Source: Felis catus (taxonomy: Eukaryota). Taken from it: a DNA stretch of 64,000 nucleotides. Within the stretch, counting starts at the first letter, position 1. The number at the start of each line of letters is the position of its first letter. The notes below the pieces were generated by a model. The model searched no databases. It had not been told where the DNA came from and saw only the letters and a list, made by a program, of their open reading frames with translations. Position numbers and translations under genes: made by a program. The stretch covers positions 26,848,001-26,912,000 of the forward strand of contig NC_058383.1 of NCBI RefSeq assembly GCF_018350175.1, read 5' to 3'. Below, in pieces: positions 1 through 11,560 of this stretch.

Positions 1-349
1 TCCAAAATCTGGGGTTGGGAGGAATCCCTGCCAGGATGCTTGGGAGGAAGCTTCCGTGTAAATCCTGGACTTGGCCTCCAGCCATGGCCGCCGAACAGGA
101 TGATCAGTGGGAGAGCAGACCTTGATTTGTGCCACGGCAGCTTTTTAACACGTGGAGGGCGGTGTTTTATCTGAAATTCTTTCCTGCTACCTAGAGCTTT
201 AAGTCTTGGCTTTATTCCTTCCCACTGGAGAAATGCTTTTAAAAACCCACACAAATTTCCTAATTCAACTCTGGCTATTTTAACCAGAGTTAAAAGGGCT
301 CAGTAATAAAGCGGTTCCCGATTATTAAGAATTGCAGGGTTGGGAATGC

Positions 350-520
350 AAGGATTACATCATCCGATCCTCATGCAATGTTATGAGGAAGGCACTCTAA
401 TTTCCCCCCTTTTACAGGTGGGGGAACTGAGGCTCAGGAAGGGGAAGAAATTTGCCGGGTCCCATGCCTGTATGCGCCAGAGCCTGACCTGTGTGGCCAA
501 GTCTCCCAGTCACCGTGTCA
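350..520 (-). mobile_element. MIR SINE fragment
   Basis: Antisense MIR core-like sequence 'ccccttttacaggtgggggaactgaggctcagg'. Confidence 0.6.
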
Positions 521-780
521 TCGTGCAAACCCCAACCCCGCTGTACAGACAAAGCATGGAGACTCATCGGGTCTGATAAGTTGCTCAAAGTCCCACTGAC
601 AGAAAGTTGCAGAATAAGGATGTGTCCTTAGTCCTCTTTGTCTTCTGCTCTTACCTCTTGTGCTTTGGGTTGGAGCCTTTCAGACGCAGAGATTCCCTCG
701 AGATGTTGTGCTTCATGAAGTCAGGAAACTCAAAACTCCATAGAATGGTCTGTACACTTAAAAATCGGCAAGGTGGGGGA

Positions 781-877
781 GGGGCGCCTGGCTGGCTTAC
801 TCTGTAGAGCATGCAACTCTTGGTCTCGGGGTGTTAAGTTCAAACCCCACGTTGGGTGTAGAGCTTACTTTTAAAAA
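781..877 (+). mobile_element. Short tRNA-derived CAN-SINE (old carnivore type)
   Basis: GGGGCGCCTGGCTGGCT head, B-box-like 'gttcaaaccc', short T/A tail, no CT-rich body. Confidence 0.8.
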
Positions 878-887
878 TAGGTAAGAT

Positions 888-1117
888 GGGGCGCCTGGGT
901 GGCTCAGTCAGTTAAATGTCCAACTTCGGCTCAGGTCATGATCTCACGGCCTGTGGGTTTGAGCCCCATGTCAGGCTCTGTGCTGACAGCTCAGAGCCTG
1001 GAACCTGCTTTGGATTCTGTCTCTCTCTGTCTCTCTCTTTCTCTGCCCCTCCCCCCACATGCTCTGTATCTCTCTCTCTCTCCCTCAAAAATAAATAAAC
1101 ATTAAAACATTTTTAAA
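888..1117 (+). mobile_element. CAN-SINE (SINEC_Fc)
   Basis: GGGGCGCCTGGGTGGCTCAGT head, 'gagcctggaacctgctttggattctgt' body, (CT)n, AATAAA/A tail. Confidence 0.95.
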
Positions 1118-1409
1118 GGGCAATATGGTAAATTTTATGTTATGTGTGCCTTACTCCATTTAAAAAAAATTTTTAAAGGAAGGAAAAGCTCCAGTAGTCA
1201 CCCTTTTAGGAATGGATAATGCACCCTCATGGAGTTGTGCTATTTTTATGATGGAGTTTCTCCTAATACCTCCACTGACCTTTCTTTTCCTCCCTCTTGT
1301 GGCTTCTGCATGTTCCCGGATTTTATTACTTTGTGTCTTCTATGGCCATGTGGCCTTGTGTTTCCTGCCTTCTCTGTGTGCCTCGTTCCTTCTACCTCAT
1401 CCCCTCTCT

Positions 1410-1410
<1 letters not shown>

Positions 1411-1461
<51 letters not shown>

Positions 1462-1518
1462 ATCCCTATCTATCCATCTATCATCTATCTATCTATGTAT
1501 CTATCTACCATCTATCTA
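1411..1518 (+). repeat. (TATC)n tetranucleotide microsatellite, degenerate at the 3' end
   Basis: Directly visible TATC tandem array. Confidence 0.95.
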
Positions 1519-1560
1519 ATTTCAAGTCAACCTTCCTAAGACAGAACATAATATTGGGCA

Positions 1561-2010
1561 GCATCTAAAATCTGGTTCCCTGGAAACAGGTCTCAGATGA
1601 AGGCTTGCCTTGCAGAGATTTTTTCGGAAGAGTGTTTAGGGTTAGCACCATGGAGGAGTGAGGACGATAGGACTAGACAGAGAAGTTGAGCCATCATGCA
1701 GTCTCAACAAAGGCCTCAGCTGATCCGATGGCACACTCTGGAGCTGAGATAAGTGTTCACAGTTGTTCCCTTCAGGCAAGCAAGTTGAGTCTTTATACCT
1801 GAACACTGACCCATTGCTGGCTGTGGGGTAACCCTGGGGTGGGCGTGGCAGGGCATGACCTTGGGCGAGGTGGCTCCTTTCCACTGAGGGATATTGCCAG
1901 AGAGTGAGTCAGCTGGGATCCATTAGCTAGCATCCCTCCCAGCAGCTGAGGGAATGAGAGCCTCCATCTTGAAGGAGAGATCTGGGTGGTGCCCCACAGC
2001 AGCCTCTACC
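1561..2010 (-). mobile_element. ERVL solo LTR, LTR16-like
   Basis: Resembles the recalled antisense LTR16A consensus ('ggttccctggaaacag...aaggcctcagctgatcc...catgaccttgggcgaggtggctc...tctgggtggtgccccacagca'). Confidence 0.65.
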
Positions 2011-5000
2011 AATTAGCCACTCTCCAGAATACAGCAGAAGGGCCACCTTGGCTGCCCCTTGTCTCCCTTGTTCCATTTTACACAGCGCTATATTTGCCCA
2101 GGTGCTAATTCCTGGTCCCATCAGATGTGACTGAGGCTTCGTGTCATATGACATGGAGTGGCAATCACGTGCAGGACCAGCCTGAGGCCTTGCTCAGAAG
2201 GGGCACAGCAAGGTCTTGAGGGACCCTGGCTGTTCGGCATAGCCATAAGACGTCTCCAGTTTCTTAGAGTCCAGGAGAATTCCTGTAGTCCAACTTATTC
2301 CCACTATTTAAGGCGTGTTGACTCAGCTGTTACAAACAGAGATCTAAAGAGACTCTGAAGGTGGTGTCCAAATAGCATGATCATTCTCTCTCCGCTCCAC
2401 AGTCAATGCCCCTTGGTGTCATCTGACCCTAAAGTCTGGCAATTGGACACTGAGGAAATGTCAAGAGTGCAGGTCAGTCCGTACAGAACCACAGCCCTGC
2501 CTGAACAAGGACAGACTGCCATTTAGAATTCCCTAATTCCTCTGAAGTTTTCTTATGGACAGTTATTTTTCCTTCTGCTTTGTCAAGGTCTCTCTTTCTT
2601 CTCTAGCACTTTCTCTCCATGAAGTTAAAACAGAGGTGGAGACACACATATGCTACATAGTACCAATATAGCACCGTCAGTCAAACCGCCCTCTCTCCCT
2701 GCTGCAGCTAAGATGTGGCAGGTCTCCATTCCTCTCCTTCCCCCCCTAATTGATTTCCCAATTCAGCCTCCTGGGATGGTGCTTTGGCTGGCTTTCCAAG
2801 TTCAGCCTCTCAACCTTAATTTAATGCTTCTCGGGTGGTGAGAACTTATGCTTCCCACCTACTAGTTGGCATCTGGCTGATTTTCTCAGCCTGAGGAATT
2901 TAGTTTCCTTAATGTCGAACCTTTGTACATTGCCTTTGAGTTGTCAAAAGTGATGCCATCCCTAGTCCTGAAAAGGGACCTTTCGGACAGTGTTGGCATT
3001 TGGAGGGGTCCAGTCGTGGCTCGTACCACGATTATCAGCCACAAAATTTGCTCTGTCGAACCCAGGAGTCAAAGGGCCCTGGCTGGGAGTAGCTGGTGAA
3101 TGCTAAAAGCAGGCTGGGTGATTCAGAGTCTGCTTAGCTCTGCCAGTCAGCCTGGTGTGAGGTCTTGGAGTAAAATTTTCCCACCTTCTTTTTCCAAGAT
3201 TGAGCCAGAGTCTATTCTTGGAGCAGATAGCTTTTCAGCAGTGAGTTGGCAAATGTTTATGATTGATTTTTCACACATCCTTCCTGGACAGGAGACAATT
3301 TTTGTTATAATTAAAATTTAAATACAGGGTTATGATAACCCAAAGCACCTTAGGAGGGCTGCCCCGGCAGAAGAGGGACTGAGCGACGTGGTGGAACAAG
3401 TCTCCTGTGCATTATTTCTTAAGCTCTCCTCTCTTTAACTGACATGGTTGGTCACTATGAATAACCCATATTACCTTCAGTAAGCCACATGTCTCAGTCC
3501 TCACCAGCTTATTGGCACAGATAAGGTGATTTCAAGAGAAACATCCAGGTGATACAGGCATGTTGCCTTTGCTTCCTCCTGCTGGGCCTCCCCCGAGTCC
3601 CCCAGGGATGTCTCATGTGTATGAGAAACAGTCCCACTCAGGTTCTTTCATCCAAGTCTTTTCTTGAAATGTACCTCCAGCAGGCCCACTGAGGGCACCA
3701 ACTTTCTGCTGGGGTCTTCTGTGACAAGTCTGGGCCCTCACCATGCTGCTGGGTGCTGGGCCCCTGGGGCTCTTGCACAAATGTGCCATTGTCCCTGCAG
3801 TGCGCTGGAGTTGGGCCCCTCTGCTGCAATAAGGAGAACATCCCTCTGCCCAGACTTACACTGAACTTGGCCATCAGGCCCCCACAGCAGTTCTACTTAT
3901 ACCCAGAGCCTCTGAGACCAGCATCAGTTAATCTTCTCCCATCAAGGCTCAAGCCGTCGAGATATAAACCAGGGTCACTTCTCATGCCTCCAAGCTCATG
4001 AGAACTTAACTAAAAGGATCATGGGACCTCGAGACTTTTCTTCCCTATGCTCAAGGCTTAGGGAAGGCCCTGCATTGCTCTTGGAAAGGGGACAGCAACA
4101 CAAGGAAAAGATGAACCAGCTGCTAAAAATCAGATTTCATGATTCATACTCAGGAACATCCATCAGTCAAGCTCTCCAAGCTGTTTTTCCAGTGATGTTG
4201 TATAAGCCCCACGTGGTGGAGCGAATGGAGTTAGTTCATGCCAAATGAACCACAGCAAAAATGATGGCATCATGGACAATAATAAAATAATCAAGCAGCA
4301 ACAGATGGAAAGGAAGAATTACAGTTATACTGGGGAAGTGTTAGCTACATAAATTGTTTCGGGTCTTAGCTGGTCAAAACCAAACCCCATTCCGCTAGCT
4401 GAAGAGTAACGAGTACTATTCTTTTTTTTTTTTTTTTTAAGCCAGAAACACTAGCCATTCAATCCTGCTGTCCAGCAAAATGGTCCTTCTGGGAGCATGG
4501 GGGGCAGGGCAGCAATTTCGTAGTATCACCCTGCCCCCCGCAGGCATCCAAGAGCCCTGTTGGTTCACTGACACCTAATAAATCAGAACAAGGGGGAATC
4601 AGATGAATTTTTCTTTTGCGTTTTAGTTTCTTTTATTAATGGAACCTTTTAGAAATCTGTTTATATTTTTTCCTTGCACAAAATCACAATTTTTCACACA
4701 AAGGGAGCAGATGGTACTGAAAGCTGGAGATTGGGCCGGAATGCATCTCCCATAACTGGCACTAACAGAGCCTTGTCTTGGATGTAAAAGAACTCAAATC
4801 TAATTGCGGGGTTGGCTTTTCCAATTCTGTATAACTATGTGTTTGTCTGTGTTTTTTTTCCCCCCCTCAAACTTAATGCTTCTCCTTGAGCTCCTGTCAA
4901 ATAGAAATATGGGTAGAGTTACAGAGACTGAGTTTTAAGACTAGTTTTTTTCTGGAATGGTGTCTCTAAGACCCTGAATGTCTCTGTAGCCCCCACTGAG

Positions 5001-5420
5001 TCCCTTGTTGAGGTGCCATATTTGGTGTCATGACCGCACCATGGTGACATGACTGGGCAGAGGCTGGCACCTGAGTTAAAGGCAGCCAACAAGGTGGCCT
5101 CATGTGAGCCTCCTGCCTCTATATAGGATTATGATTAATTAGCCCAATGAGAATCTCTTTCTGAAAGATTTGAATATGACACATGCTCAAAGGGAGTGGA
5201 ATATAAGTTCATGTAACTTCTGTACTGATTTATGACCACTGCCTATCACAGTACATGGTATGGCTACCCAATGAATATTTGATAACTAAATCAAATGCAT
5301 GGACCCCTAGCACAGAAGTGTTTTTTAAAAAATCAATCTGCACCCATCTCCCTATATTCTACTTTTTTCTCCTGCCTCCAAGGAGCTTGGTCCTCACCTC
5401 GCACTCCCAGCCTTTAAGGA

Positions 5421-5600
5421 TTAGCAGAGACAAAGTGTGAGCAGGGCAGGGGCAGAGAGAAAAGGAGACACAGAATCTGAAGCAGGCTCCAGGCTCTGAG
5501 CTGTCAGCACAGAGCCCCACAGGGGGTTTGAACTCATGAACCGTGAGATCATGGCCTAAGCCAAAGTCGGGCACTTAACTGACAGCCATCCAGGCGCCCC
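5421..5600 (-). mobile_element. CAN-SINE (SINEC_Fc), tail missing
   Basis: Antisense body 'gagacacagaatctgaagcaggctccaggctctgag...caggcgcccc'; no poly-T or TSD on the left. Confidence 0.9.
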
Positions 5601-5619
5601 AATGATTATTTGGAATAGA

Positions 5620-6735
5620 TTTTTTTAGGGCAGTTTTAGGTTTGCAGAAGATACAGAGATTCCCCATATCCACCCTGCCCCAAACATGCACAGACTTCTC
5701 TGCTATCAAAATTCTGCACTAGAGTGGGACATTTATTATAATTGATAAACCTGTATCAACACCTCATTATCACCCAAAGTCCATAGTTTGCGTCAGAGTT
5801 CACTCTCAGGTCTGTAAATTCTATGCGTCTTGACAAATGTGCAGTGACATGTATTGCCATTAGAGTATCCTACACAATAGTTTCACCACCCTAAAAATCC
5901 TCTGTGCTTTACCGATTCATCCTTTCCTCCCCCAACTTCTGGCAACCACTTTTACCGTCTTTTACTTGCCTTTTACTGTCTCCATAATTTTGCCTTTTCC
6001 AGAATGTCATATAGTTGGAATCCTAAAGAAGGTTGCCTTTTCAGATTGGCTTTTTTCGTTTAGTAAAAGTGCATTTAAGATCCCTCCTTGTGTTTTCATG
6101 ACTTGATAGCTAATTTCCTTTTAACATTGAATAATACTCCATTGTCTGGATGTACCACAGTTTATTTATCCATTCACCTACTAAAGGTCATGTTGGTTAT
6201 TTCCAAGATTTGGCAATTATTTATAAAGCTACTGTAAACATTTATTGCAGGTTCTTGTGTGGACATAAGTTTTCAACTTCTTTGAGTAAATACCAAAGAG
6301 TACGATTGCTGGATCATATGGTAAGAGCGTGTTTGGTTTTGTAAGAAAATGCCAGGCTGTCTTGCAAAGTGACTGTACCATTGTGCATTCTTGCCAGCGA
6401 AGAGTGGGAGTTACTATTGTATGACATCCTTGCCAGCATTTAGTGTTGGCATTGTTTTGAATTTTGGCCGTGTTAATAGGTTTGAAGTGGTATCTCATTA
6501 TTTTTTTTCATTTACAACATGATGTGGAATGGATTTTCATGTGTTTATTTACTATCTATATGTTTTCTTTGGTGAGATGTCTGTTCAGGTCTTCAGCCCA
6601 TTTTTAAATCATTTTGTCTGATTCTTGTTGAGTCTTAGGAGTTCTTTGTATATTTTGGACACTACCTTTTTATGAGATATGTGTGTTACAAATATTTTAC
6701 CCCAACCTGTGGCTTGTCTTCTTATTCTCTTGACT
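5620..6735 (-). mobile_element. Old L1 (L1MB/MC/MD-type) 3' UTR plus ORF2 C-terminal relic
   Basis: Antisense L1 3' end; ORF 6229..6498(-) contains L1 ORF2 C-terminal-like 'LLPYDPAIVLFGIY'. Confidence 0.85.
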
Positions 6736-6769
6736 TTTCTTCCTTTTTATGACATTTTGCTTTGACAGG

Positions 6770-6975
6770 CAGTAGGGTGTAGTGTTTAATATCCTAGAGG
6801 CCCCTGCCTGAGTTTTGGTTTTGCCACTTGGTTGGGCAACTAATCATTCTGTTCTGACTCTCACTTTCCTTACCTGTGAAGTGGAGTTAATAATGCCACT
6901 CTGTAGAGATCTTCTGAGAAGTTAGAACTGCCCCAGTGTGTAGTTGGTTAGCACTGCATAAATGGTAGTCATTAT
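6770..6975 (+). mobile_element. MIR SINE
   Basis: 'ctcactttccttacctgtgaagtggag' MIR core-like sequence with MIR-like 5' and 3' ends. Confidence 0.55.
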
Positions 6976-8369
6976 TATTGAGAATTTTTTGGTTTTGCAT
7001 AATCTGGACTCAGTCACTAATTGGGTCTTGCCTTCCACTGTTCTCTCCTTCACTCACTCCATTAGAGTCACATGGTCTCCACACCCGCCTCAGGGTCTTT
7101 TTCTTTCTGTTTCCTCCCCCTCAGTGTTGCTTTCCCCAATATACTCTGTCATCTCATTATTCAAGGTTTTTGTCCATCATAAGCAGAAGCAGTCTAAAGG
7201 CACTGGGGTTTCTTCTTTTTATAGAAGTTGAGTCCATTGCTGCTGCATGTCCCAGAGCGAGAGGGGTATGTAGAGAAGCAGTGGGGTGGGAAGGAGAGAC
7301 TCCTAGAGACTGGGAGGGGAGGGATCTCCAGGTTTAGTGAACAGCAGGCACTGAACCCCACCCTTCTAGAGTATTCCTGGGAGGTGACAAGACCTCAGGG
7401 AGACTGAGTGCCCTTAGACTTCTAAGAATCCTCACTCTCCGCATGGAATCTGTGAACCACAGAACCCCTAGAACCGAAGGTGCTGCGGAGACTGAAGCAG
7501 ATGGGACCTGGGCAGCAGGCAAGTGGGTTGTTGTTTGGGGAGACACTTTAGTACCCCCTGCAACCTGAAATTAGTTTCTCAGTATCAGCCTTGAGTAGCA
7601 GAGGCTAAACTTCCTGCTAGCTGACAGGGATAGGGGCTCAGAACCTGAGGGACATTGACTAGTGTCAATGCATAGCTATAGAATATAGAAAGTGATTTTT
7701 TTTTTCCACTTCTGAGTCTGGATTTACCAACTATATGTAAAGTGAATCTATTCCCAAGTCCATCCCCGCCCATTGTAGTTTGAGAGAATCCAGTTACTGG
7801 TAAAGTTGCCTTTCAGACACCTTTTAGCCCTCCTTTTTCCTGTGTCTTCCCTCTTTTCCTGCCTCGCCTATTCCTGTAATTCTTCAGGTGTCTGATGTAA
7901 GTTCCTTTCTCAGATTACTTTCTTTTTTCCCCCTAAATGCAGGCTTAAAAATATGCAATATCAAGATGCAAATTTAAAAAATTCTATATTTTTCATCTTT
8001 CCCTAAAAATTGTTTTGCAAAAACAAGTTACGTGGGTTTTTTCCTTGTTAGGAAAAAGTGAAGAACAATACTATGCAATCTATTCTTGCACACGACCTGA
8101 TTGTATAAAGTAGAATAGAATCTGTAATGTAAGTTGCAAATTATACCTCAAAGTACAGTGAAGTTACAAAATACGCTTTGGAAACAGCGTGGCTTGAGTT
8201 TTGTTTTGTCTTGCTTGTTTGTCTCAGACCACCCTTTTGAATTGTTCGCCTGCCTCGGACAAGGCTTGGTTGCTGTGGCGTTCAGGTCACATTGGTTCAG
8301 AAAGTGGTAGTCATTACTACTGGTCAACAGAAATTTCTGTTTCTCTCCACTATCGCACACATGGTTGGA

Positions 8370-8700
8370 ATACTTTTCCTGGCCTCTTGTGGCCGGGTGA
8401 GACCTGCTACGTCATCCTGACCAATGAGTGATGGGTGGAAGTAATGTTTGCCACTTCCAGCAGAAGTGTTTGGTCCAAGACCCTCCAGGGATCTTACCCC
8501 TTCCCCGGCATGGCAGCTGACAATGTTGAAGATGGTGGCCGCTCTGTCAGCCTACCTCAAATTTATTAAGATTAGCAGAGCCTCCCCAACCAAACCATGA
8601 GATGGATTTTGAGCAAGAAATTAAACTTTGGTTGTTTTAAGTGAGTGAGATCTGGGCATGTTTGTTATCATAGCCTCAACTAGCTTATCCTGACTGATAT
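8370..8700 (+). mobile_element. MaLR LTR fragment (MLT1J-like)
   Basis: 'ccaatgag...gaagtaatgtttgccacttcc' and the 3' end 'gagcaagaaattaaactttggttgttttaag...cctgactgatat'. Confidence 0.6.
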
Positions 8701-9509
8701 CCCCATCAGGCTCTCTAAAGACACTGTTGCCAAACTGTTGAAACCAAAAGAAACATTCAGAACATTGGAACTGGCATATCTTCACAGACAAAATATTTTG
8801 CCTTGGCAAACATGTCCAGAAGGAAGTGGATGCTGCTATTTTTAGAGCATGAAGCAAATGTACTGTTTTGGAGTGTTCAGACAGATAAACATGCTCTCAA
8901 AATCATGTTCAAAATGTTCCACACATTGCCTGATTGGAAACATTAACAAAATATAAAAGTTGACAATGTTTCCTCTTGTGTGTTGTGTGTGTACACACAT
9001 GAGAACACACTCACACACACAAGTATACAGTATAGCTAAGAATTGCTTTGCTGCAGGAAACAGGCGTTTGATCAAATTCAGAAAGGTTAGAGTGACTGTT
9101 CAAGATCAAACTCTGGCATCATGGAGGCCACAAAAAGACCCAGTTCTTTGGGTTTTGTATCACCTGTTGTTGATCTGAGCCTTAGAGTTTTGTAAAACCA
9201 TGAAGAGCATTTGCAGGTTCTCTCTCATTATCACAGTTGATAGAATTTCCGCAGAATTCGCTCTTCATTTCCTGTTGAATTTTCATTATCTTACCATCAT
9301 CTGTTTTATCCCCTCATTTGTTTTTATTATATATTTTACCCTGCTGGGAAATGTTTGTCCAGTGCTAGGACATGCTTTTTAGCACTTGTATTTCTGCTAT
9401 CTAATTTCAGGATTTCTATAAAGGATGATCTTAAGAGTTGAGTTGGAGGGAAGATTTGAACTAGAGTTACATTTCTACAAAGTAAGAAAATGCCAATTGT
9501 CCATATCAA

Positions 9510-9730
9510 GGGGCGTCTGGGTGGCTCAGTCGGTTAAATGTCTGACTTTGGCTCAGGTCGCAATCTCATAGTTGGTGAGTTCAAGCCCCACGTCGGGTTC
9601 TGTGCTGACAGTTCAGAGCCTGGAGCCTGCTTTGGATTCTGTGTCTCCCTCTCTGTCTGTCCCTCCTCCACTCGCACTCTTTCTCTTACTGTCTCTTGAA
9701 AATAAATAAACATTAAAAAAAATTTTTTTA
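9510..9730 (+). mobile_element. CAN-SINE (SINEC_Fc)
   Basis: Full head, body, CT-rich tract and 'aaataaataaacattaaaaaaa' tail. Confidence 0.95.
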
Positions 9731-10119
9731 AAGGGATGGGGGTTGCAGATGGAGATTATGGGGACCAAAGTTCTCCCTGCTCCACAACCATGCCTGGGCA
9801 CCATGACTTCAGCCTGGAGAATCTTTATTCCAAAGACAGCGATTCCCCAGCTTTATTCTGTCTGTTCCTTTGAACAAGACTGTCACAAGCTCGTTTTTAT
9901 ATTGTCACAATGAATGGAGAGAATAACAGATTTGGTATCAGATCAGTTAACTGTGAGACTTTGGATAAGTTACTTAGCTCCTTTGATGGAGAATAATGAT
10001 AGATCTTTACTGAGTTATGATAAAAATTATGCAAGATCACATCTAGGAATGGCTCTTTTATGGTGAGGGCTCAAGAAACGCTTAATTCCATTCTTACAGT
10101 TAATGGGGGGAGGTTAAAT

Positions 10120-10335
10120 GGGCAAGTTCTGAAGTCACACAGCTGGGTTCAAATCCCCATTTCTTCTTTTTTCCAATTGTGTTGAAACTTTTGGCAAGTT
10201 CCTTCTCTGAGTCTCCCTTACCATGTCTACAAATGAAAAGATAAGATGGGACCTGATATATTGTGGAGATTAAATGAGATAGTGCATATCCAGCCTTTGG
10301 TATGTTGCAAACACTCAAGAAATGGTAGTTTTCAT
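10120..10335 (+). mobile_element. MIR SINE
   Basis: 'ctgggttcaaatccc...ttggcaagtt...gattaaatgagat' MIR hallmarks. Confidence 0.65.
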
Positions 10336-10389
10336 CAGCTTTGTTATCAGATACAAGTTTCTCTTTTCATATCCAGTCTTGTATTTTCC

Positions 10390-10509
10390 AGTATAAGCCC
10401 ACAAACCCTGATCTGAAACCCTTGAGGCCATGTGTGTTTAGGAATTTGGAATGCTATGGAAATTAGACTCATAATGTGATGTATATACCATACCCCCCCC
10501 CATAAAGCG

Positions 10510-10563
<54 letters not shown>

Positions 10564-10770
10564 AGCAGTGTCTGCGATAACACTTCATGATCAGCTCATT
10601 ACTGCAGTGAAATATTTGAATGTTCACGCTAAGTGGGATGTGGGATAAATAAAGGATATAAATAACCCTATGTCAGCTCAAGTCCACTTTTGCTGCCAAA
10701 TGAATTTGTGCCAAAGGGAATGAAAAAAATTTCTGGAACCTGAAACTTTTTTGGAATCCAGATACCTGTG
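10390..10770. mobile_element. Old DNA transposon relic (TcMar-Tigger-like)
   Basis: Resembles a recalled Tigger-derived MER consensus ('aaacccttgaggcc...tgtgttt...ttcacgctaagtgggat...gctgccaaatga'); family uncertain. Confidence 0.4.
10507..10562 (+). repeat. (GC)6(AC)22 compound microsatellite
   Basis: Directly visible. Confidence 0.95.
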
Positions 10771-11289
10771 TAGTCACTCTCGGTTTTTTTCCTCCCCTTC
10801 TGTGTCGTAAAGCTATTTCTATCACCTGTTTCTAGTCTAAGCTGTGCTTCTCTTACATTTCTGTGTTTTTATTTAATCCTTCAAGGCTTCCTTTGAACTC
10901 TCAGCCCTGCTGCCTTGACATCCTGTGTTTTCTTTCTCCCTCTTATCGCTGTCTCTATTCTTTCCCTCCTCCTTTTTCTGGGGTTTGCACACTACTGGCG
11001 TAAAGCCTGTTTTCACTTTCTTTGTTTCTTTTTTCTTTCTGGTACATTCTCTCTCATTCCCCCTTCCTCTCCTCTGCTGGGGACTTCAGTCTTGCTTCTG
11101 CGATGCCAGCTCTTCGCCTCTTTTCTTGTGTATCTTCTTGTCTCTACCGTTTCCTCTCTGCCCCTTTCTTTGTTCATTGGTTGTTGCCCTTGGTTCCCAC
11201 CCCAACTACCATACCATCATCCTTCTCCTTTAATTCCTTCGTCTCCTCTAGATATCATTCTTTGTCCACTCATTACTGTACAATGCCAA

Positions 11290-11560
11290 TAATATCATTA
11301 TGATAATTTATTGAGTTCTTACTGTGTACTAAGCACTTTACATGGATCATTAAATTTCATCCTTATTGCAAACCATTAGGTGGGGACTCTCTTAATCCTC
11401 ATATTTCAGATGAGAAAATTCGGGCTAAGAGATAAAGCGACTTGTTCAAGTAGTCAAGGAACAGAAATGGAATTCAAACCCCACTGCATTAAATCTTTGC
11501 ATTTAATACTTGTTGCATTAAACTAATTCCGAAGCTCATGATTTCAATCACTATGCCTAT
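11290..11560 (-). mobile_element. MIR SINE
   Basis: 'tttattgagttcttactgtgt...atttcagatgagaaaatt...ggaattcaaaccc'. Confidence 0.65.

Noticed and set aside
781..877. Possible tRNA gene
   Set aside because: It has the CAN-SINE head and tail and no intact cloverleaf or acceptor stem, so it is a tRNA-derived SINE.
899..1105. Recurring ORFs of the type 'MAQSVKCPTSAQVMIS...LEPA.DSVS'
   Set aside because: These are translations of SINEC_Fc copies, not a protein family.
1212..1568. Hydrophobic ORFs with IYLS repeats
   Set aside because: Artefact of the (TATC)n microsatellite and a pyrimidine-rich flank.
10915..11303. 125-aa membrane-like ORF
   Set aside because: Low-complexity CT-rich DNA lacks stop codons; overlapping frames are all open; no family resemblance.
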